Position numbers and translations under genes: made by a program
Part shown: in pieces, positions 57,033 to 64,000 of the stretch
Layout: every line of letters begins with the position of its first letter
Position numbering within the stretch: the first letter of the stretch is position 1
Notes under the pieces: generated by a model
Databases searched by the model: none
Told to the model about the DNA's origin: nothing
What the model saw: the letters and a program-made list of their open reading frames with translations, nothing else
Source: Bacteroidota bacterium
GTDB lineage: Bacteria; Bacteroidota; Bacteroidia; Bacteroidales; FEN-979
NCBI GenBank assembly: GCA_037128705.1
Contig: JBAXVX010000007.1
Location: 27,617 to 91,616 of the forward strand
Reading direction: 5' to 3'
Length of the DNA stretch: 64,000 bases

Positions 57033-57647
57033 TTAACTGGAAAGGGCAGGCATTTTGCCATCATACTGCGTATCATTCAGTAATTTAAGCATAAAATCAG
57101 CCACATCTGCACGGGGAATGCTTCTTGAAGCCGGAATTTCGAGGTTCACCTTGTAGGAGTTGGTTTTTGGTGAATCGGTAAGCATGGTTGGACGAAGGAT
57201 CACCCAGTTGGCGCTGCTTTCGCGGATAATGTCGGCCTGGCGGCGTTTATCGGCAAATACATGACGCAGAAACAGGGGCATGAACACCTTCCCGAACCAG
57301 AAACCGCTGTCATTCCCCAGGATCCCGGCAGACGACATGCAGATAAACCGTTTGACCCCCGATGCTTTCATGGCATCCAGTATGTTTTTTGTGCCATCGG
57401 AAAGCACGGTATTGGGCTTGTTTATGTTCACGCCAAGTGCACAGAGGACTGCCGCCTGGCCTTCAACAGCCAGTTTGACTTTATCGGCGTCCAGGATATC
57501 ACCCTCGATGACCCGGAGATTTTTATGCTGGATGGGAACTTTGGAGGTCACCCGGGCAAAGGCTGTTACCTCATGACCCTGGTTCAGTGCCTGGTAGATA
57601 ATCAGGATCCCCGTCTTTCCGCTCGCACCAAATACTGCTATTTTCAT
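57033..57647 (-). CDS. NAD(P)H-binding protein (atypical SDR, NmrA / flavin-reductase-like)
   Basis: 204 aa. MKIAVFGASGKTG Rossmann start, typical of the NAD(P)-binding domain family. Confidence 0.8.
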   Translation of the reverse strand: MKIAVFGASGKTGILIIYQALNQGHEVTAFARVTSKVPIQHKNLRVIEGDILDADKVKLAVEGQAAVLCALGVNINKPNTVLSDGTKNILDAMKASGVKRFICMSSAGILGNDSGFWFGKVFMPLFLRHVFADKRRQADIIRESSANWVILRPTMLTDSPKTNSYKVNLEIPASRSIPRADVADFMLKLLNDTQYDGKMPALSS

Positions 57648-57795
57648 GGGTTATCCATTTTTTTGAAGTAAACGATAATTTCTCCACTAAATTACAATTT
57701 TTCTCCATTTCTCTAGCCCAATTCATGTAACTAAGTACGGGATCTTCGGTTCACCCTTCAATTGAAAATATTCTATCTTTATAAAAATTTTTTCA

Positions 57796-59600
<1,805 letters not shown>

Positions 59601-59616
<16 letters not shown>

Positions 59617-59685
59617 CAAAAAAATCGTGACACGTGACGCGTGACAAAAAATATTGTAAATCGTAAATCATACATCGTAAATTTT
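59601..59685 (+). repeat. Composite array: [ATC (GTGACRC)1-2 GTGAC A6-7] x2 (59603-59651) followed by (ATYGTAA)-type units x4 (59653-59681)
   Basis: Read directly. It contains the permease stop (59614-59616) and ends 12 nt before the tauE-family ATG. Confidence 0.92.
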
Positions 59686-59696
59686 AAAAGAGTCTC

Positions 59697-60479
59697 ATGT
59701 CAGTCACCACAATCATCGTAATCATCTTAGCCGGCATCCTGGTCGGCTTTATCAACACCCTTTCAGGAGGAGGTTCGGTGATCAGCCTTTCCCTCCTGTT
59801 GCTCCTGGGACTCCCGGCAAACATTGCAAACGGAACAAACCGGATCAGTATTTTTTTCCAAACCCTCTCCTCGGTTGGCAGTTTTACCCGCCAGAAAATG
59901 TTTACGGATCTCCGCCCTGTGTGGCTGGCCATCCCGGCAACCATTGGGGCCATCCTTGGGGCTTATGTGGCTGTTGATGTAAATACCCGGGTTATTGAAA
60001 TCGCCATGGCAACCTCCATGGTCATCATGTTGTTCTTCCTGTTTTACAAACCTGATAAGTGGCTCAAAGAAAACCCCGGACTTCTCTCGGGCCCTGTCAG
60101 GTGGTGGCAACTGGTCATCTTTTTCATGGTTGGTTTTTATGGCGGATTTATCCAGGTGGGGGTTGGTTATTTTTTATTGATGGCGCTGGTATTGGGAACC
60201 GGGTATGACCTGGTGAAGGCCAATGCGGTAAAAAACCTGATCGTCTTTTTCTACGCAATATTTGCCTTGCTTGTCTTTATGATTGATGGAAAGGTGAATT
60301 ACCTTTATGGCATCATCCTTTCGGTGGGAAGTATGATCGGTGCTCTGGTCGCCTCCTACCTGGCTGTAAAAAAGGGAGGCGGATTTATCCGTGCGGTCAT
60401 ATTGTTGTCAGTGGTATTGACAATTCTGCAACTTTCAGGATTGATTAACTTTACCACCCTGCTGAAATACATATTGTAA
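59697..60479 (+). CDS. TauE/SafE-family anion exporter (sulfite exporter family membrane protein)
   Basis: 260 aa, about 8 TM helices, with glycine-rich TM segments typical of TauE/SafE. Confidence 0.82.
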   Translation: MSVTTIIVIILAGILVGFINTLSGGGSVISLSLLLLLGLPANIANGTNRISIFFQTLSSVGSFTRQKMFTDLRPVWLAIPATIGAILGAYVAVDVNTRVIEIAMATSMVIMLFFLFYKPDKWLKENPGLLSGPVRWWQLVIFFMVGFYGGFIQVGVGYFLLMALVLGTGYDLVKANAVKNLIVFFYAIFALLVFMIDGKVNYLYGIILSVGSMIGALVASYLAVKKGGGFIRAVILLSVVLTILQLSGLINFTTLLKYIL

Positions 60480-60510
60480 CATTTGCAAGTGGGATTTAGA
60501 ACCATCACGG

Positions 60511-61629
60511 ATGAATAAAATGAACAGGATAACCATTGGAATGAACCCGGGACCTGCGCGCCATTCAACCCTTCGCGGGTACCATTTTGGGATGATCGGT
60601 TGCCTGGTGCTGTTTTTCTTGCCCGGGATTTTAATTTTTGCACAGCCCGGGGCTCCTGTTGCAAAATCATCAGCCCCCGATTCCGGTAAATGGGCCCTCG
60701 TGATACACGGAGGTGCTGGAGGACCGGCCAGGGGAACCATGTCGGCCGAATCGGAAAAGGAATACCTGGTGAAGCTGGAGGAGGCGCTTAAACGGGGCTC
60801 TGATATTCTTGCCGCGGGTGGCAGCAGCCTGGATGCAGTGGAGAGGGTCGTTCGGTTCATGGAGGATTGTCCCTTGTTTAATGCCGGGAAGGGAGCGGTG
60901 CTGGATGAGGAGGGGAAAGCAGAACTTGATGCTGCCATTATGGACGGTAGAACAGGGATGGCCGGGGCGGTTGCCGGGGTCAGTGTGATCAAGAACCCGG
61001 TTACGGCAGCACGTTGCGTAATGGAGAAATCCAACCATGTGCTGCTGATTGGAGCAGGAGCTGAAAAATTTGCAAAAGAACATGGACTTGACCTGGTCGA
61101 TCCTTCCTATTTCATAACCCCTGAACGGCTGAAAGCCTGGGAAAAATGGAAATCTGGAACTCAGACAAAACCTGCTGCTCCTGCAGACAAGCCTGGAAAT
61201 TCAGGGCCTGACGCTGAGAAACATGGTACAGTGGGAGCGGTCGCTTTGGATCAGCAGGGCAATCTCGCAGCAGCCACATCCACAGGCGGGATGACCGGAA
61301 AAATGGTTGGCCGGATAGGGGATTCGCCCATCATCGGTGCCGGAACCTATGCGAACAATCAAACCTGCGCCGTTTCGGCAACGGGTCACGGTGAGTATTT
61401 TATCCGGAATGTGGTAGCTTACGATCTTTCTTCGCTGATGGAATACCGCGGACTATCGCTTGAAGAGGCAGGTAAATCGATTATCATGGATAAGCTGGTC
61501 CGTCAGAAAGCCAACGGCGGATTGATCGCGGTGGACCGGGAAGGAAACATCAGCATGCCGTTTAATACCAATGCCATGTTCAGGGGTGTTGCAGCCTCAG
61601 ACGGGAGACACGAAGTGGCAATATATTGA
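60511..61629 (+). CDS. Isoaspartyl peptidase / L-asparaginase (Ntn hydrolase, plant-type asparaginase family)
   Basis: 372 aa. LVIHGGAG and the autoprocessing site HGTVGAVALD. A possible later start is M at 60592, which would give a signal peptide. Confidence 0.88.
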   Translation: MNKMNRITIGMNPGPARHSTLRGYHFGMIGCLVLFFLPGILIFAQPGAPVAKSSAPDSGKWALVIHGGAGGPARGTMSAESEKEYLVKLEEALKRGSDILAAGGSSLDAVERVVRFMEDCPLFNAGKGAVLDEEGKAELDAAIMDGRTGMAGAVAGVSVIKNPVTAARCVMEKSNHVLLIGAGAEKFAKEHGLDLVDPSYFITPERLKAWEKWKSGTQTKPAAPADKPGNSGPDAEKHGTVGAVALDQQGNLAAATSTGGMTGKMVGRIGDSPIIGAGTYANNQTCAVSATGHGEYFIRNVVAYDLSSLMEYRGLSLEEAGKSIIMDKLVRQKANGGLIAVDREGNISMPFNTNAMFRGVAASDGRHEVAIY

Positions 61630-61631
61630 CG

Positions 61632-62384
61632 ATGATGAGAGCATTTAAAATCAGGTATATCCAAATCCTTTTCCTTGCCATATCGGTGACAGCAGGGTTC
61701 ACCTCCTGCCGGAAAGAGGCTGTTCAGCCCTCCAAAACCGAATATTACCTGGTCAACAATACAAGGCACTGGTTTGTTTTATATTATTACAATGAAAGAC
61801 GGATCCAGGATTCCAGCAGGATTCCACCACACGCCAAATTTCAGATATATCAGGCGACAGGTGTCGCCGGGAACAGGTCACTGGAATCCCTGGTTGGCCA
61901 GCGAATGATCCGGCTGGTGGATGAACACAACGTGGACTGGCTTCCCCGGATCTCGGATACAAACAAATGGTCGGATTTGAAATTACCTGCAGGATCCGGA
62001 ACGAGGGAATTGTATTTTATCCTGATGAATCCACTCGACGATGAGATGCCCCGGATTCAGCGCCTCGGGTTGGTTAAAATTTTCCGTGTTTCGCAGGGCC
62101 TTGCCTACCTTGTGGTACTTTCATCTGTTTTGGGGCTGTTCTATATGCGGCTCAGGTTCAAATCCCTTTATATCCTGGTGGCTGTTTTTCTTAATTTTCC
62201 GGTGATCTGTTACACGGCCGATTTCGGATATTTCATCCGGTACTCACTTGATCCATGGTTTATTATCCCCAATTGGGTTCTGGATTCCGCGCAGTATTAT
62301 GTGCAGTTCTCGATCCCGGTGGGTGCCATGATCGTATGGGCCCTGCTGATCGGCCGGAAGTTGCTGCAAAATGGTAAGAATTGA
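61632..62384 (+). CDS. Hypothetical lipoprotein-like N-domain fused to a 4-TM C-terminal region
   Basis: ~250 aa. Signal peptide and lipobox (GFTSC) with C-terminal hydrophobic helices. I recognise no family. Confidence 0.5.
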   Translation: MMRAFKIRYIQILFLAISVTAGFTSCRKEAVQPSKTEYYLVNNTRHWFVLYYYNERRIQDSSRIPPHAKFQIYQATGVAGNRSLESLVGQRMIRLVDEHNVDWLPRISDTNKWSDLKLPAGSGTRELYFILMNPLDDEMPRIQRLGLVKIFRVSQGLAYLVVLSSVLGLFYMRLRFKSLYILVAVFLNFPVICYTADFGYFIRYSLDPWFIIPNWVLDSAQYYVQFSIPVGAMIVWALLIGRKLLQNGKN

Positions 62385-62394
62385 GAAGGAGGAA

Positions 62395-62892
62395 TTACTG
62401 TTTATCGTACTGCTGAATTTCGTCGTGCACATATTCAAGCAATACCCCAGCCTGCGTAAACATCACTTCCGATTCTTTTGAATCATGGTATTTCCGTTCA
62501 CAAACAACGCGCAAAATGCCGCAATTGATGATAAGCATGGCACAGGTGCGGCAGGGCGTCATACGGCAATACAGGGTTCCCTTATCCAGGGAAATTCCCC
62601 TGCGGGCAGCCTGGCAGATGGCGTTTTGTTCGGCATGCACGGTGCGCATGCAATGCTGCGTTGTACGGTCATCCTCATGCATGACCTTTTTCATCAGATG
62701 ACCAACCTCATCACAATGAGGCAATCCCTGCGGAGAACCGACATAGCCGGTCACCAGTATCTGCTTGTCGCGGACAATAACGCAGCCACTGCGGCCACGA
62801 TCACAGGTGGCACGGGTTGATACCGTACGCGCAATTTCCATAAAATATTCATCCCAGGATGGACGGACGTAGGCTGTGGGTTCCATAGGCAT
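62395..62892 (-). CDS. dCMP deaminase (ComEB/CMP-dCMP deaminase zinc-binding family)
   Basis: 165 aa. SWDEYFM.. N-terminus and zinc motifs HAEQNA and PCRTCA. Confidence 0.88.
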   Translation of the reverse strand: MPMEPTAYVRPSWDEYFMEIARTVSTRATCDRGRSGCVIVRDKQILVTGYVGSPQGLPHCDEVGHLMKKVMHEDDRTTQHCMRTVHAEQNAICQAARRGISLDKGTLYCRMTPCRTCAMLIINCGILRVVCERKYHDSKESEVMFTQAGVLLEYVHDEIQQYDKQ

Positions 62893-62923
62893 TTATAAAG
62901 TCAAAGTGAATGTACAAATTGTT

Positions 62924-63514
62924 TCATGATGATGTCGGCGGCTGAGGATCATTTAAATTTTTTCCGATCTGGCTGAGGATTTTTTCGACCTGAAGAAACA
63001 GATCCTCCCTGGAGCCATCATTGTTCAGGACAAAGTCAGCCCGGCTGATACAAGCCCGGAGATTTTGTTTGTTCGGATCGGTGGCATTCATCTCCCTGGT
63101 CTCATTTTCAATGAATGTGTCGAAGGAGATCTTATCCGTTTCCGACGACCGCTGCACAATGCGTTCGTACCGCAAACCAGGATCCGCATCCACGGCAAAG
63201 AGGAAAAATTGTCCCTTCTTCCGTAACGAATCGATCTCGCCCGGAGTCCTGATGCTTTCAATGATGCAGTTTTTTCCAACCTGTGCAGCGTCGAAAAAAA
63301 GCTGATCGGTTACATACGACGGACCATGTTTGCTGCGTAATTCGTTTGCAACGACCACCATGCTGTCACGGTTTTCGGCCATGCCCCGCAGGTGGATCTC
63401 TTTCAGCAGAAAGGCCCGCACCGAATAGTGATCAAAACCCTTATGCTTTTCAAGGTATTCAACCACGGTTCCTTTCCCGGCACCCAGTGTTCCTGTTATT
63501 CCGATGATTATCAT
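62924..63514 (-). CDS. P-loop nucleotide/nucleoside-monophosphate kinase-like protein (dephospho-CoA-kinase-like fold)
   Basis: 196 aa. Walker A GITGTLGAGKGT at the extreme N-terminus. The substrate cannot be told from sequence. Confidence 0.6.
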   Translation of the reverse strand: MIIIGITGTLGAGKGTVVEYLEKHKGFDHYSVRAFLLKEIHLRGMAENRDSMVVVANELRSKHGPSYVTDQLFFDAAQVGKNCIIESIRTPGEIDSLRKKGQFFLFAVDADPGLRYERIVQRSSETDKISFDTFIENETREMNATDPNKQNLRACISRADFVLNNDGSREDLFLQVEKILSQIGKNLNDPQPPTSS

Positions 63515-63524
63515 GCAAGATTGT

Positions 63525-63573
63525 TAATTCGTCATTCGCAATTCATCATTTGTCATTCGTCATTCGTCATTCC
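63525..63573 (-). repeat. Heptamer tandem array (TCATTCG)x7 on plus, which reads (CGAATGA)x7 on the gene-sense minus strand
   Basis: Read directly, with units counted. It begins 1 nt after the LOG-family stop (63575-63577), and 10 nt separate it from the kinase ATG (63514). Confidence 0.92.
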
Positions 63574-63574
63574 T

Positions 63575-64000
63575 TCAAATGCTCCCCGCCTTCAGCCTTT
63601 CAATCCATTTTTCAGCCGTTACGGGCTGATAGGTTTCCAGTTTATGGAAAAGCCGCTCAAAGTCGTCATCGGTCACAAGCAGGTTGCGATGTTCGGGGCG
63701 CAGAAATTTTTCCTCAACAGCATGATCCAGCATCTGGAGTAAAGGCTCGAAAAACCCGTCAAGGTTCAGCAATCCGATGGGTTTGTTGATGATGCCCAGC
63801 TGATTCCAGGTGAGTACTTCAAACAGTTCATCCAGTGTTCCATAGGCGCCGGGAAGGGCGACAAATGCATCAGAAAGATCGGCCATCAGGGCCTTCCGCT
63901 CCTGCATCCCTTCAACAATGTGCATCTCCGTGAGAGAAGTGTGCGCAACTTCACGCTGCACAAGCGATTTGGGCATGACCCCAATTACTTTCCCTCCGGC
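63575..64000 (-). CDS. LOG-family (TIGR00730) nucleotide phosphoribohydrolase, N-terminus off-window
   Basis: PGAYGTLDELFE (PGGxGTxxE motif). The reading frame stays open to the window edge (..AGGKVIGVMPKSL..). Confidence 0.85.
   Translation of the reverse strand, partial: AGGKVIGVMPKSLVQREVAHTSLTEMHIVEGMQERKALMADLSDAFVALPGAYGTLDELFEVLTWNQLGIINKPIGLLNLDGFFEPLLQMLDHAVEEKFLRPEHRNLLVTDDDFERLFHKLETYQPVTAEKWIERLKAGSI

Noticed and set aside
5469-57795. tRNA, other ncRNA or riboswitch candidates in the longer intergenic gaps (5469-5659, 27284-27409, 31551-31736, 39487-39658, 57648-57795)
   Set aside because: I found no T-loop (GGTTCRANYC) or cloverleaf pattern and no conserved riboswitch cores by eye. 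Covariance-model scans (Infernal/Rfam, tRNAscan-SE) would be needed to exclude them properly.
60435-61083. 199-aa and 137-aa minus-strand ORFs opposite the asparaginase gene
   Set aside because: These are shadow ORFs. The plus-strand gene has the Ntn autoprocessing motif, and the antisense products are Ala/Pro/Ser-rich without motifs.

Overview
This 64-kb segment looks like a Bacteroidota chromosome. Evidence: the T9SS translocon SprA, TAnnTTTG -7 promoter boxes in front of many genes, RF2 with the classical +1 frameshift, DUF4369/TlpA-type lipoproteins and a GH38 mannosidase. I support about 48 protein-coding genes, almost all housekeeping or sensory. They include fumC, prfB, recX, ruvA, sprA, gcvH, uvrC, ltaE, thiL and dxs, plus a dispersed SUF Fe-S system (sufB-sufC-sufD-[MutS-like]-sufS, sufE, sufT). 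There is also a 4-gene sigma-54/PAS-kinase signalling cluster, a PadR-PspC pair, a class D beta-lactamase, a TonB-dependent receptor and assorted transporters and oxidoreductases. I saw no rRNA, tRNA, CRISPR array, transposase, integrase or prophage gene. The signal not explained by gene content, and my top candidate for something undescribed, is a modular family of 7- and 8-nt tandem-repeat arrays. The units are GTGACRC, ATCGTAN, TCATTCG, GGTRACAR and AGTAATGG. The arrays fill eight intergenic gaps, start 0-10 nt from a flanking stop codon (0-5 nt at seven of eight) and often contain it. Each unit carries a stop triplet on one strand only, so three or more units close all three frames on that strand. 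That strand is usually the sense strand of the upstream gene. Secondary leads are a polytopic membrane MutS-domain-V ATPase translationally coupled into the suf operon, an AT-richer multi-kinase/sigma-54 phosphorelay cluster with a perfect 16-bp hairpin, and a split P-loop kinase + dCMP-deaminase pair. All functional calls come from motif recognition by eye. No database search or computation was possible.
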